A stretch of DNA of 64,000 nt from Bacteroidota bacterium (GTDB lineage Bacteria > Bacteroidota > Bacteroidia > Bacteroidales > WCHB1-69): NCBI GenBank assembly GCA_023413895.1, contig JAEZOU010000003.1, forward strand, positions 62,254 through 126,253. Reading direction: 5' to 3'. The notes under the pieces were generated by a model. That model saw only the letters and a program-made list of their open reading frames with translations. It was not told where the DNA came from and ran no database searches. Below are positions 29,589 through 39,948 of this stretch, piece by piece; the stretch's first letter is position 1; every line of letters begins with the position of its first letter. The position numbers and the translations under genes are program-made.

Positions 29589-29626
29589 AAGGAAACGTCA
29601 GCATCAGCAAGCGTTTCCTTTTTTTT
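29589..29626. terminator. hairpin + T-run between convergent genes
   Basis: AAGGAAACG..CGTTTCCTT followed by T8. Confidence 0.6.
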
Positions 29627-29648
29627 ATAAAATCAATTATACTGCGTC

Positions 29649-31520
29649 TTATTCCATCACTTTTTGTCCTAATTGCAAACCGAGGTTATACAGTCTTTCG
29701 ATATCCTCCTCTTTAATTGGAGCGCCCAACACTTCAGCAGGTTCAGTAACTACATTCCACTTGCAGTACTCAGCTTGTGCTTTCAAAGTTTTCAAGCCAC
29801 CGCCACTCCAAGAAGCGCCACCAAAGAGCGCATAAAATCTATCTTTAGGTTTAAATTCAGCAATTTCGTGAAGAAGTAAAGTCATATTAGGGAATATTGA
29901 GCCATAGTGGGAAGATGCCCCCAAAACAACTCCTTTATATTTCCAAATTTCGCTCATAATAATAGAAACATCTGTTTTGGAAATATCAAAAATTTTAATT
30001 TCTTTTACACCAGCAGCAGAAACACCACGTGCAATAATATCAGCCATTCTTCCTGTATTTCCATACATTGAAGCGTACGCAATAACTACACCTTTTTGAG
30101 TTTCATGCTTACTCCATTGAGTATAGCGGGACAGCACCCATTCCAAGTTAGTTCGCCAGATAAGACCGTGAGAAGGTGCTATCATCTTAATAGGAAGTGG
30201 AGCTACTTTTTGGATTGCTTTCAATGCCATAGGAGCTACTTTACCAACAATATTTGCATAATAGCGACGCATATCATCTTCATAAAAATCAAGATTTACC
30301 TCATCATCGAAGATGGTTCCATTCAGGGTTCCGAAACCTCCGAATGCATCATTTGAAAATATAATCCCCGTTGTTTGTTCAAAAGTCACCATCGATTCTG
30401 GCCAGTGACACATTGGAGCAGTAAAAAATTGCAATGTATGCTTACCTATTGGCAACTCTTCTCCATCAACAACTACTTTTTTATTTGCAATCGGGCCATA
30501 GAAATTTTCCAAAGGTCCGAAAGTTTTCTCATTTCCGATCACGGTCACATTTGGATATGCAGAAACCACTGCTGCAACAGCACCGCTATGGTCTGGTTCA
30601 TCGTGATTGATTACCAAGTAATCCACTTGACGTTCTCCCAGAACTGCTTTGATTTGGGACAGATATTGGCTCATAAAGCCAGACTCTACTGGGTCAATCA
30701 ATACAACCTTATCATCTACAATAAGATAAGAGTTATAAGAAACGCCATTAGGAATTTCGATATGATTTTCGAACAATTCTGTACGACGGTCATTTACACC
30801 TACATAGTATATATTTTCTGCTAATTCAAACTGTAAATTTTTCATTGGGTTGTTGTTTTGATTCTTTTCTACTTGATTTGTACTAATTTGTGGTATAGAG
30901 ACTTCTGGTTCTGTCGATTCAGCGACATACTCGAACTCACTTTTTCCGTGTTTACAGATAGGACAGATAATATCATCCGGAAGATCGTTACCCTCATATA
31001 CCCAACCGCATAGAGCACACACCCAACACCCTTTTTTAGGAGCTGCCGATGGTTTCACATGATGTTGATAATAATCATACGTTACAGAATCATCATCAGA
31101 AATTACTTGTGCATCAACAAGATCTGCAACAAACATTGTGTGGGTACCCAAATCTACTATTTGTGCAGTTTGGCAAGACAAAAAGGCATTAGCATTATGC
31201 GACAAATACAATACATTGTTAGCAGCACGTTCAAAACCAACTTTATCGGCAAATTTTTCTGTATCACTTCCGGAGTGGAAGCCGAAACGTTCGTAAACAG
31301 AAAATGGAGTTTGCGTAGTAAGAACAGAAATATTAAACACACCTGATTCCATAATCAGACGATGAGTATAATTTTGTTTATTTACCACAATTGAGATTCG
31401 GAGCGGATTATCTGTAACTTGTTGAACAGTATTAATAATACAACCATTATCAACCCCATTAGAATGGGTTGTCAACACGTACAAACCATAACCAATTTTA
31501 AAAAGTGCTTTGGTATCCAT
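29649..31520 (-). CDS. flavin reductase-rubredoxin-flavodiiron protein fusion (putative self-sufficient NAD(P)H:O2/NO oxidoreductase)
   Basis: 623 aa. Residues 1-155 form a flavin-reductase-like split barrel. Residues 163-198 form a rubredoxin domain (CWVCALCG...CPICKHG). Residues 226-623 form the FDP core, with the diiron motif HDEPDH and a C-terminal flavodoxin-like domain (VVIAYASMYGNTGRMA). Confidence 0.8.
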   Translation of the reverse strand: MDTKALFKIGYGLYVLTTHSNGVDNGCIINTVQQVTDNPLRISIVVNKQNYTHRLIMESGVFNISVLTTQTPFSVYERFGFHSGSDTEKFADKVGFERAANNVLYLSHNANAFLSCQTAQIVDLGTHTMFVADLVDAQVISDDDSVTYDYYQHHVKPSAAPKKGCWVCALCGWVYEGNDLPDDIICPICKHGKSEFEYVAESTEPEVSIPQISTNQVEKNQNNNPMKNLQFELAENIYYVGVNDRRTELFENHIEIPNGVSYNSYLIVDDKVVLIDPVESGFMSQYLSQIKAVLGERQVDYLVINHDEPDHSGAVAAVVSAYPNVTVIGNEKTFGPLENFYGPIANKKVVVDGEELPIGKHTLQFFTAPMCHWPESMVTFEQTTGIIFSNDAFGGFGTLNGTIFDDEVNLDFYEDDMRRYYANIVGKVAPMALKAIQKVAPLPIKMIAPSHGLIWRTNLEWVLSRYTQWSKHETQKGVVIAYASMYGNTGRMADIIARGVSAAGVKEIKIFDISKTDVSIIMSEIWKYKGVVLGASSHYGSIFPNMTLLLHEIAEFKPKDRFYALFGGASWSGGGLKTLKAQAEYCKWNVVTEPAEVLGAPIKEEDIERLYNLGLQLGQKVME

Positions 31521-31522
31521 AA

Positions 31523-32500
31523 TTAATTTTCGTTATTATTTCTTCGTAAATATTGTAATCTTTCCATCAACTTCACATTACTATTATTGCAAAGATTGCC
31601 TCTAAACTGTTGTACACTATCAAATTGATGTTTTTGCATCCATAAATTCAAATCATCAAGGATTGTATGAATTACAGAAACGCCTTGGTGGAACAATACA
31701 GAGCATAATTGCACAACGGTTGCTCCTGCTAAAATTTGTTTTACCACATCTTTTGCATCGTGAATTCCTGTTGAAGCAGCTAAATGGCACGGAATTTTTT
31801 GTGCAGCCAACAAAGAGACCCAGCGCAAAGTTGATCCATTTTCTTCTGGAACCGAAAAAGCGTGTCCAGGCACAACTTTCATCTCTTCTACATCAATATC
31901 TGAATTATAGAATCGGTTAAACAACACCAAACCATCTGCACCATTTTCTACTAAACGGAAGGCAATATGTGCGATATTAGTAAAATGATCACCAATTTTA
32001 ACAGAAACTGGAATTTTCACAATAGTTTTTACCGATTTTAGAATTTCTATCATTTTATCTTCAATATCATCTGCAGTTACAGTTCTATCAAAGGGAGAAA
32101 TAGCGATATTTAATTCCAACGCATCAGCGCCAGCGTCTTCAAAAATCTTAGCAATATTTACCCACTCACCTGCGTCGGTACAATTAATACTAGCAATAAT
32201 TGGAATATCAACAGCAGTTTTTGCTCCACGTATCAATTCGGTATATAACTCTATTTCGTTACCACGCAAATAGGAAACCATATAGGCGTACATTTCTGGA
32301 TCATTGTCATAAAAATCGTGGCTTTCCTCTTTTCTAACATCCTTCAAAATTTGTTCTTCAAAGAGAGATTTCAAGATTACTGCGCCTGCACCTGCCTCTT
32401 CACATGCTTTTACGCCTTCGACAGTTCCTGTCAATGGTGAACTTCCGACCACAATTGGATTTTTAAGTTCAAGTCCTAAATAATTCGTTGATAAGTTCAT
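31523..32500 (-). CDS. dihydroorotate dehydrogenase-like / dihydropyrimidine dehydrogenase PreA-like flavoprotein
   Basis: 325 aa TIM-barrel flavoenzyme pattern (LKNPIVVGSSPLT, NIAISPF, GADGLVLFNR, AASTGIHDAKDVVKQILAGA). It ends 2 nt before the FDP-fusion start. Confidence 0.65.
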   Translation of the reverse strand: MNLSTNYLGLELKNPIVVGSSPLTGTVEGVKACEEAGAGAVILKSLFEEQILKDVRKEESHDFYDNDPEMYAYMVSYLRGNEIELYTELIRGAKTAVDIPIIASINCTDAGEWVNIAKIFEDAGADALELNIAISPFDRTVTADDIEDKMIEILKSVKTIVKIPVSVKIGDHFTNIAHIAFRLVENGADGLVLFNRFYNSDIDVEEMKVVPGHAFSVPEENGSTLRWVSLLAAQKIPCHLAASTGIHDAKDVVKQILAGATVVQLCSVLFHQGVSVIHTILDDLNLWMQKHQFDSVQQFRGNLCNNSNVKLMERLQYLRRNNNEN

Positions 32501-32523
32501 AGTTATTATATTAAATTCATTGG

Positions 32524-32531
32524 CAAAAGTA
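32524..32531 (-). promoter_or_regulatory. -7 promoter box for the DHOD-like/FDP operon
   Basis: TACTTTTG on the minus strand, 24 nt upstream of the ATG at 32500. Confidence 0.5.
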
Positions 32532-32563
32532 CAACAAATTTAGATTTTTTGCAACCATTTTAT

Positions 32564-32595
32564 ATAAAAAAAGCGGCATATATAATATACCGCTT
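32564..32595 (-). terminator. hairpin + T-run after pruA
   Basis: On the minus strand, AAGCGG..CCGCTT with an AT-rich inner stem, followed by T7. Confidence 0.6.
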
Positions 32596-32616
32596 AAAAT
32601 ATACATTTCTATGCAA

Positions 32617-34242
32617 TTATCCTAAAAAAGGATAACGATAATCTGTTGCTGGGGCGTAGGTTTCTTTAATACAACGAACACTTATCCAACGCATAAGGTT
32701 TAGCACACTGCCTGCCTTATCGTTTGTACCAGATGCACGAGCACCACCAAATGGCTGACAACCTACTACAGCACCCGTTGGTTTGTCATTGATATAGAAA
32801 TTTCCAGCTGTATGACGGAGCATCTGTTCAGCAGTTTCAATAGCATATCGATCTTGTGCAAAGATAGAACCTGTTAATGCGTATGGAGAGGTTTGATCGC
32901 AAAGGCGTAAAGTCTCTTCATATTTTTCATCTTCATAAACATAAACAGTGATTACAGGCCCAAAGATTTCTTCACAAATAGACTCATAATCAGGTGTTTT
33001 AGCCACAATGATTGTGGGTTCTACAAAATAGCCCACAGATTTATCACAATTTCCTCCCAAAACGATTTCTGCATCTTTAGAATTCCTTGCTCGTTCGATA
33101 TATCCAGCAATATTATCGAACGATTTTTCATCAATTACAGCATTGATAAAGTTTGAAAAATCGCGAACGTCACCCATTTTCACAGTTTGCATCATCTCTT
33201 TAATATGTGCTAATGTTGGTTCCCACAATGATTTAGGAACGTATGCACGAGATGCTGCAGAACATTTTTGACCTTGGAACTCGAATGCGCCGCGCAATAT
33301 TGCTACAGCCAACTCACGAGCAGGTGCCGAATGATGAGCAAAGATAAAATCTTTTCCTCCAGTTTCACCAACAATTTTTGGATATGTATTGTAAATGTCA
33401 ATATTTTCACCTATTAACTTCCAGAATTTTTTGAAAGTTGCGGTACTTCCTGTAAAGTGAATACCAGCTAAGTGCGGAGATTTGAAAGCCACGTCACTAA
33501 TTACAGAACCACTTCCTGGCAAGAAATTGATAACACCATCAGGGAGTCCTGCTTCTTGTAATAGTTTCATTAAATAGTAGTTAGAAAGAAGAGATGTAGT
33601 TGATGGCTTCCAAATGGTAACGTTACCCATCAAAGCTGGAGCCACATTCAAATTTAAAGCAATAGATGTAAAATTGAACGGAGTGATAGCATAAACGAAA
33701 CCTTCCATTCCACGATACTCAAGGCGATTTAACATTGTGTGGTCGGAAAGTGGTTGTTGACAATACAATTGTGATGCGAAGAAACTATTGAAACGCAAGA
33801 AGTCAATTGCTTCACAAGGACAATCAATTTCTGCTTGCATTGGGCTTTTCCCTTGTCCCAACATACTAGAAGCATTCAATACATATCTATATTTAGTAGC
33901 CAAAAGTTCAGCAGCCTTCATCATAATTGATGAACGTTGAATCCAAGGCATCTCTTCCCAACCTTTTTTAGCTGCCATTGCAGCATCGATAGCCATTTCG
34001 ACCTCTTTTTTACCGACTTTATGGTATTTTGCCAAAACATGTTGATGTTCTGTAGGCATAACCACGATTCCCATATCGCCGGTTTTCACCTCTTTTCCAC
34101 CTATGATTGCCGGAATTTCAATCACTTGATTATACTGACGTTCCAACTCTTGTTGCAACAATTCTCTTTCTCTGGTACCAGGAGCATAAGAGTAAACAGG
34201 TTCATTTTGAGGTTCTCTAAAAACGTAGTTTGAATTGTTCAT
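32617..34242 (-). CDS. pruA: L-glutamate gamma-semialdehyde (1-pyrroline-5-carboxylate) dehydrogenase
   Basis: 541 aa aldehyde dehydrogenase with ETGGKDF and the catalytic Cys in EFQGQKCSAASR. Its length and N-terminus are typical of stand-alone P5CDH. Confidence 0.8.
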   Translation of the reverse strand: MNNSNYVFREPQNEPVYSYAPGTRERELLQQELERQYNQVIEIPAIIGGKEVKTGDMGIVVMPTEHQHVLAKYHKVGKKEVEMAIDAAMAAKKGWEEMPWIQRSSIMMKAAELLATKYRYVLNASSMLGQGKSPMQAEIDCPCEAIDFLRFNSFFASQLYCQQPLSDHTMLNRLEYRGMEGFVYAITPFNFTSIALNLNVAPALMGNVTIWKPSTTSLLSNYYLMKLLQEAGLPDGVINFLPGSGSVISDVAFKSPHLAGIHFTGSTATFKKFWKLIGENIDIYNTYPKIVGETGGKDFIFAHHSAPARELAVAILRGAFEFQGQKCSAASRAYVPKSLWEPTLAHIKEMMQTVKMGDVRDFSNFINAVIDEKSFDNIAGYIERARNSKDAEIVLGGNCDKSVGYFVEPTIIVAKTPDYESICEEIFGPVITVYVYEDEKYEETLRLCDQTSPYALTGSIFAQDRYAIETAEQMLRHTAGNFYINDKPTGAVVGCQPFGGARASGTNDKAGSVLNLMRWISVRCIKETYAPATDYRYPFLG

Positions 34243-34288
34243 ATTAATTAATTTTAATGGTGAATAAATATTTCAAATTAAGCGGCTG

Positions 34289-34296
34289 CAAAGATA
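34289..34296 (-). promoter_or_regulatory. -7 promoter box for pruA
   Basis: TATCTTTG on the minus strand, 46 nt upstream of the ATG at 34242. Confidence 0.5.
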
Positions 34297-34398
34297 ACTT
34301 TTTTTATCTACAATTTCCTGATTTTTCACAAAAAAAATATGGATATAAAAAAAGACGCACCATAGGCACGTCTTTTTATAAATAAAGGCAAAACCTCA

Positions 34399-34968
34399 CT
34401 ATTCTACTACTGGAGCTTCTTCAACATTACGAGTTGAAAGAACTGTAACCACAACGGTTCCAGGATTTTCAATTAAAGTAAGACCTTCGATTTTAATATC
34501 ACTAACTTTGATAGTATCGTTAATATCAAGAGATGAAATATTTAAGGTGATATTTTCTGGAATATTCTTTAATTCACCTCTAACTTTCAATTTTCTTACT
34601 TTTTTTGCTAATTTACCACCACGCAATACACCAGGAGAAGTACCTTCAATACGAACTGGAATACCAATTGAGATCTCTTTTCCGTCAACAACTTCTAAAA
34701 AGTCAACGTGTAACAACTTATCTGTAATTGGGTGGAATTGTGTTTCTTTAATAATAGCGATATGTTTTTCACCATTAATATCCAATTCTGCATATTTTAC
34801 CTCAGGTGTATAAATAATGCTTTGGAATTGTTTTTCATCTACTACGAAGCGAAGTTGTTTTTCACCGCCATAGATTACACAAGGGATAAGTCCTTGATTT
34901 CTTTGTGCTTTTGCATCTTTTTTCCCTACGTTCTCTCTAAGAGAACCGCTCATAGATACTGATTTCAT
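34399..34968 (-). CDS. rplY: 50S ribosomal protein L25/general stress protein Ctc
   Basis: The start is taken at the internal Met (MKSVSMSGSLRENVGKKDAKAQRNQGLIPCVIYGG). The longer listed ORF would run through its own promoter box. Confidence 0.85.
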   Translation of the reverse strand: MKSVSMSGSLRENVGKKDAKAQRNQGLIPCVIYGGEKQLRFVVDEKQFQSIIYTPEVKYAELDINGEKHIAIIKETQFHPITDKLLHVDFLEVVDGKEISIGIPVRIEGTSPGVLRGGKLAKKVRKLKVRGELKNIPENITLNISSLDINDTIKVSDIKIEGLTLIENPGTVVVTVLSTRNVEEAPVVE

Positions 34969-35011
34969 TTCTTTAATTTTTTTGTTAATACGTTTACTTA
35001 GAAAAAGTGCG

Positions 35012-35019
35012 CAAAAATA
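35012..35019 (-). promoter_or_regulatory. -7 promoter box for rplY
   Basis: TATTTTTG on the minus strand, 44 nt upstream of the ATG at 34968. Confidence 0.5.
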
Positions 35020-35055
35020 GAATTTTTTTTTATATGATTGTATGCAAAAAAATAT

Positions 35056-35063
35056 TATTTTTG
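35056..35063 (+). promoter_or_regulatory. -7 promoter box for the PpiD-like gene
   Basis: TATTTTTG lies 38 nt upstream of the ATG at 35101, divergent from the rplY box. Confidence 0.5.
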
Positions 35064-35100
35064 CACCCTCAAAAATTAACGTTAAAAACATATTATATTT

Positions 35101-37272
35101 ATGGCAGCAATTGGTTCAATTCGCAAACACGGAGTCTTGTTGATGGTTATCATTGGAGTTGCGCTCCTTGCATTTCTCTTATCAGACTTAGATCAATTAG
35201 TATCTTCATTTTCAGACAGGAACACCATTGTTAAGATGGATGGAAAAGAGTTAAATGATGAGTATCGCATACTTTATGAGCAAAACACATCATTACAAAG
35301 ATTTCTCGGACAAAAGACCTCTCTTACAGAAACTGAGGTTGCACAAATTCACAACATAACTTGGGAAATTCTCCTAAACGAGATTAACACAGACAAAGAA
35401 TTAGCCGCATTAGGTTTATCATTCTCCCCTGAGAAAATTGAAGAAATTAAGACAAATATGTTGGCAAGAATTTCAGTAGAATCTCCTCGTACTGAGATTG
35501 ATTATTTTGCACAACTTTTGGTTTCTCAAGGCGAGCCTCTAGAATCTGTAGTAAGTTTCTTAACAAACATCGAAGAGGTTAGAAACGTGCCTGGTTACGA
35601 AGAATTTTACAATGCATACAAAGCTATTGAAAGAAAAGAGATTCTTAATCAAAAACTTAATACATATTTAACAGCTGCAAATGCATCTGTACAATTATCC
35701 ACTCCTCTTGTACAACAATTTGCTGCTGATAACAAACGTGCGCAAGTTCAATTCTTTGCTTTAAATCCAAATACTCCTGAATTTAAAGATTTAAAAGTAG
35801 AAGTTTCTGAGCAAGAGATGAAAGATTACTATGCTAAAAATAGTAAGAAATACAATGTTAAGGAAAATATGCGTGATATCAACGTGGCAATTTTCCCTAT
35901 TCTTCCATCAGCACAAGACAAACAGGTTATTGCAGATAGCGTAAATGCACAATATGCAAGATTTGAAGCTGCAACTTCTCTAGCTGAATTCAATGCTAAC
36001 GAGTATTTCAACCCCGTTGATAGCACTTTCTATTCACGTGCTCGTTTTGCAGAAATCTATCAAATTGATACACTTACAAAAGCATTCTTTGATCAACCAG
36101 CAAATACAAATGTTGCACCTATCAATTATCAAGATAATGTATGGATTTATGGAAAAAGCTATAGCGAAGTAATGCGTCCAGATTCAATTATGGTTGGTTA
36201 CTTGATTGTTGATTTCAAAAACGATAATAATCCTAATGGAACAAGAACACAAGAGGAAGCTACACTTTTGAAAGATAGTTTACAAAATGTTCTAACAACA
36301 GGCGCTGCAAATATTTTCCAATTAACACCTCAATATTTAGGTGGTCGCGATGCAGCTGATACTACTGCTTGGTTAGTGGATGGTGCTGTAATTCCTGCCG
36401 TTTTTGATGGCCTTTTAAATAGTACTAATGGTTTATATATATTTAACCATCCATCTGCATACATTATTTATCAAGCAATTACGGCAACTCAACCTATTAC
36501 AAAACGTCAAATTGCTTTCTACACAAAAGAGATTATTCCTTCTGACAATACCATTTCTGCTACACGCGCAGAGGCAAACAAACTTACCTCTTCAGTAACA
36601 TCTGCTGATGGTTTAGTTGAATACGCTAACCAAAACGGTATCCAAGTTATTAATGGCACAGATGTAACATCTATTGCAGCATCTATCCAACAATTACAAA
36701 ATTGCCGTGATTTAGTAAAATGGTCTTTCAACGAAGATATTGAAGTTGATGCTATCTCTCCCGTATTTGAAGTTAACGAAAACATGTTTGTTGTCGGCGC
36801 AGTAAAAAATATTAAGGAGAAAGGTGCAATGAAATTTGAAGCTGCTAAAGCTGCTATCGAGGCTGAATTAGTTGCTAAGAAGAAAATTGAAACTATTGCT
36901 AACAACTTGCAAGCAGAACTAAAAAACACCTCTATGGCTGATGCTGCTGTTAAACACAAAGTGGCAATGGCTGATAGTGTAAACCTAACATGGGGTGGCA
37001 ATCAATACGCCAACCGTAATATTGAAAGCAAAGCTATCGGTCAAATCTTTACCCTCACTCCTAATACTCCAACTGCTGTTAGCGGAAACAATATGGTTTA
37101 TGCAATCAATGTAATGAACATTACTGAACCAGTTCCTGCATCAGCTAACTTGCAAGCCGAAACATACGCATTACGCGATATTCTTATCGGTAGAAACAGA
37201 GGTGCTTATAGCATTCTTCAAAAATTAATGGACAATACTAAAACATTAGATAAACGCGCTTTAGTTTACTAA
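35101..37272 (+). CDS. PpiD-like periplasmic chaperone (N-terminal anchor, SurA-N-like region, degenerate parvulin-like segment)
   Basis: 723 aa. The N-terminus MAAIGSIRKHGVLLMVIIGVALLAFLLSD is typical of PpiD. The central segment RPDSIMVGYLIV...GGRDAADTTAWLVDG resembles a parvulin domain but is degenerate. Confidence 0.6.
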   Translation: MAAIGSIRKHGVLLMVIIGVALLAFLLSDLDQLVSSFSDRNTIVKMDGKELNDEYRILYEQNTSLQRFLGQKTSLTETEVAQIHNITWEILLNEINTDKELAALGLSFSPEKIEEIKTNMLARISVESPRTEIDYFAQLLVSQGEPLESVVSFLTNIEEVRNVPGYEEFYNAYKAIERKEILNQKLNTYLTAANASVQLSTPLVQQFAADNKRAQVQFFALNPNTPEFKDLKVEVSEQEMKDYYAKNSKKYNVKENMRDINVAIFPILPSAQDKQVIADSVNAQYARFEAATSLAEFNANEYFNPVDSTFYSRARFAEIYQIDTLTKAFFDQPANTNVAPINYQDNVWIYGKSYSEVMRPDSIMVGYLIVDFKNDNNPNGTRTQEEATLLKDSLQNVLTTGAANIFQLTPQYLGGRDAADTTAWLVDGAVIPAVFDGLLNSTNGLYIFNHPSAYIIYQAITATQPITKRQIAFYTKEIIPSDNTISATRAEANKLTSSVTSADGLVEYANQNGIQVINGTDVTSIAASIQQLQNCRDLVKWSFNEDIEVDAISPVFEVNENMFVVGAVKNIKEKGAMKFEAAKAAIEAELVAKKKIETIANNLQAELKNTSMADAAVKHKVAMADSVNLTWGGNQYANRNIESKAIGQIFTLTPNTPTAVSGNNMVYAINVMNITEPVPASANLQAETYALRDILIGRNRGAYSILQKLMDNTKTLDKRALVY

Positions 37273-37291
37273 TCATAATTGAGCGACAAAA

Positions 37292-37349
37292 AACATTCAG
37301 TCAGATTAAACTTTCAACAAAGTCTTCTATCTACTGAATGTTTTTTTTT
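37292..37349 (+). terminator. long-loop hairpin + T-run after the PpiD-like gene
   Basis: AACATTCAGT-31 nt-ACTGAATGTT followed by T9. Confidence 0.5.
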
Positions 37350-37358
37350 ATTTTTAAT

Positions 37359-39947
37359 ATGCAAACAAAATTTTTTTTCCTACTTTTTACTTTTTTTGCG
37401 AGTTCTCTTTTCGCTCAAAACTATCCAACTTCTAACCAAGGGTATAGTGGTTCTGTATCTGGTACCATTGTTGACTCGCACAAAAAACCGATTCAATTTG
37501 CAACAATCTACGTAAAACGTGTTTCCGACTCTCTTGTGGTAACCGGAGGTGTTACTGAAGAATCAGGAAAGTTCTCCATTACTGAAATTCCTTGGGGAAC
37601 CTTCTTTATCGAAGTAAGCTATATGGGATATGCACAACATCAAACAGCAGAATTCACTCTTGATGCTGGTACCCCACACCATAAGTTAGGGCAATTTATG
37701 CTCCGACAACAATCTACAACACTAGAAGGAATTGAGATTTCTGTTCAAAAAAACATGATTGAAACTAATCTTGACAAAACGGTTTACAATGTGGAGAACA
37801 GCGTTACGTCAGAAGGTGCTACAGCTGTGGAAGTTTTAGAAGAGGTTCCTGCCGTAGATGTAGATATTGAAGGCAATGTACAACTTCGGGGTAGTAGTAA
37901 CATTACTTTGCTAATTGATGGACGTCCGACAGAGCTTACATTGGACCAAATTCCGGCAAACGATATTGCCAGCATTGAGGTTGTTACCAATCCTTCTGCA
38001 CGTTTCGACCCTGATGGAATGGGCGGTATTATCAATGTGGTACTCAAGAAAAAAAGAGTAAGTGGATTCAATGCTCTCTTTAGCTTAAATGGAGGATTTA
38101 ATATTTTCCAAAAGAAAGGCTATTTCAGCAATGGAAATGCTAATATGAATCTGAACTATACCTATAATAAGATTAACATCTACTTTACCTATAATTATAG
38201 AAGAGGAAATCGCCGTTCAGCAGGTACGTTGGAAAGAGATAGTTGGTTTCACAACGACACTACACATCTTTCGCAAGCCAACAACCAATGGTCAAACTCT
38301 AACGGTCATAACACACGCTTTTCGCTAGATTATTTCATTAACACAAAAAACACCTTAACACTCAGCGTTGGTTTTAACCACCATAGCAGTCAAGATAGCA
38401 GTTTTACCAACTCTTTGAGTTCAAATGTTTTTGGAGAAACTCTAATTCCTTATTCTAGTTACAATCAATTAGGCAAAGAGATTTGGAAATCAAACAACAT
38501 CTACTCCAGCCTTTTTTACAAGAAAACCTTCGCACGCAAGGGGCAGGAATTAACTGCAGACCTTATGTACACTGAAAGGAACAACAAGAGTTTTGATAAT
38601 TCGTTGCAAAACTTTACGCTTTATGATGGAACTCCTAACTATTTCCAAAAGAGTGAGACATTAGGAAAAAACCGAGTTGCCAACGGACAGGTTGATTTCG
38701 TAACACCAGTAGGAAATGGCGGAAGAATTGAAACTGGATATAAATTCACTTACAGAACGATGGAGCAAGATTATTCACTATTCTATGGTGAATCTGACAC
38801 AACTGCAATTGAAGATATTCAACAAAGCAACGACTTCACCTACAAAGAGACTTTGAATGCTGCATACTTTATCTACTCCAATACTTTCTGGAAAAAATTC
38901 AAAATGCAATTAGGATTGCGCGGTGAATTAGCAAATACCAATTCACACTTAGAATCATCCGACACTTCTTATAAGAAAACATACTTCAATATCTTTCCAA
39001 CAGTTCACTTGGTATATGACTTTAACGAGCAACACGCACTACAATTTAGCTATTCTCGAAGAGTTACGCGTCCACGATTTTGGGATTTGAATCCATTTGT
39101 AAATGCATCCAATAAACTAAATTTACGAATGGGAAATCCGAACCTAACACCTGAATTTGCCAACAATATAGAGCTTACATACGTTACAAATTTTAAAAAA
39201 ACCTCATTCAATGTAGTAGCTTTCTATCGCCAAAGAACCGACTTGATAGGACGTTATACTGAACTTCACGAAGCATTGATTGAAGATGGCTACATATTCT
39301 ACGAACTTTATGATGGTGAAATCTATCAAACTCCAGTTACATCCGAGTTTGACTCATTGGAATCGTTCACATATACATTAACTTCCAACCAAAATATTAA
39401 TAAGAGCCAAAGTTATGGTTTTGAATTGATTTATAATCAAAGACTTTGGAAATTTTGGAGAATAACCTTCAGTGGAAACTTCTATCGCACCAAGATTGAC
39501 ACGACCTTCTTGATTGATCCGAATTTAGCAGCAGATTGGTCATGGGGGTTCCGTTTAAATCAAACCTTTACACTTCCACATGATTGGAGTATTCAGTTGA
39601 ATTTCCGTTTCCGTTCACGCTCACTAACCACAGGAAGTATGGGTTGGGGTACTGGCGGTGTAGGACAAGGAAAACGTAATGCAAACTACTCGTTAAACTT
39701 CGGTCTAAAAAAATCTTTCTTCAACAAACAACTTAGTATCAGCTTAAATATCAGAAATTTAATCTATAATCCTGTAACAAAAATTCACTCTTACTCACAC
39801 GAGGCAACGCAAGGATATGACTCATACAGCGAACGCTTCCGGAGCGCATATCAAACTAATCTCACAATCACTTACAAACTTAATAACTACAAGCGCCGAA
39901 TGGATGAGTTTAATGGCGGAGAAGAGGAATATATGATGGAAGAATAA
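37359..39947 (+). CDS. TonB-dependent-receptor-like outer membrane beta-barrel protein with a carboxypeptidase-regulatory-like N-domain
   Basis: The start is taken at MQTKFFFLLFTFFASSLFAQ, after the terminator. A plug-like segment (LEEVPAVDVDIEGNVQLRGSSNITLLIDGRP) and a long Y/N/S/T-rich beta-barrel follow. Confidence 0.75.
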   Translation: MQTKFFFLLFTFFASSLFAQNYPTSNQGYSGSVSGTIVDSHKKPIQFATIYVKRVSDSLVVTGGVTEESGKFSITEIPWGTFFIEVSYMGYAQHQTAEFTLDAGTPHHKLGQFMLRQQSTTLEGIEISVQKNMIETNLDKTVYNVENSVTSEGATAVEVLEEVPAVDVDIEGNVQLRGSSNITLLIDGRPTELTLDQIPANDIASIEVVTNPSARFDPDGMGGIINVVLKKKRVSGFNALFSLNGGFNIFQKKGYFSNGNANMNLNYTYNKINIYFTYNYRRGNRRSAGTLERDSWFHNDTTHLSQANNQWSNSNGHNTRFSLDYFINTKNTLTLSVGFNHHSSQDSSFTNSLSSNVFGETLIPYSSYNQLGKEIWKSNNIYSSLFYKKTFARKGQELTADLMYTERNNKSFDNSLQNFTLYDGTPNYFQKSETLGKNRVANGQVDFVTPVGNGGRIETGYKFTYRTMEQDYSLFYGESDTTAIEDIQQSNDFTYKETLNAAYFIYSNTFWKKFKMQLGLRGELANTNSHLESSDTSYKKTYFNIFPTVHLVYDFNEQHALQFSYSRRVTRPRFWDLNPFVNASNKLNLRMGNPNLTPEFANNIELTYVTNFKKTSFNVVAFYRQRTDLIGRYTELHEALIEDGYIFYELYDGEIYQTPVTSEFDSLESFTYTLTSNQNINKSQSYGFELIYNQRLWKFWRITFSGNFYRTKIDTTFLIDPNLAADWSWGFRLNQTFTLPHDWSIQLNFRFRSRSLTTGSMGWGTGGVGQGKRNANYSLNFGLKKSFFNKQLSISLNIRNLIYNPVTKIHSYSHEATQGYDSYSERFRSAYQTNLTITYKLNNYKRRMDEFNGGEEEYMMEE

Positions 39948-39948
39948 C

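Noticed and set aside
34969-35091. N-terminal extension of rplY to 230 aa
   Set aside because: The extension (MFLTLIFEGAKIIFF...) is unlike L25 and would run through the gene's own TATTTTTG box. The internal Met gives a canonical L25 N-terminus.
37279-37515. 78-aa ORF between the PpiD-like gene and the receptor gene
   Set aside because: It overlaps the terminator hairpin and the receptor signal peptide in another frame, and its sequence is low-complexity.
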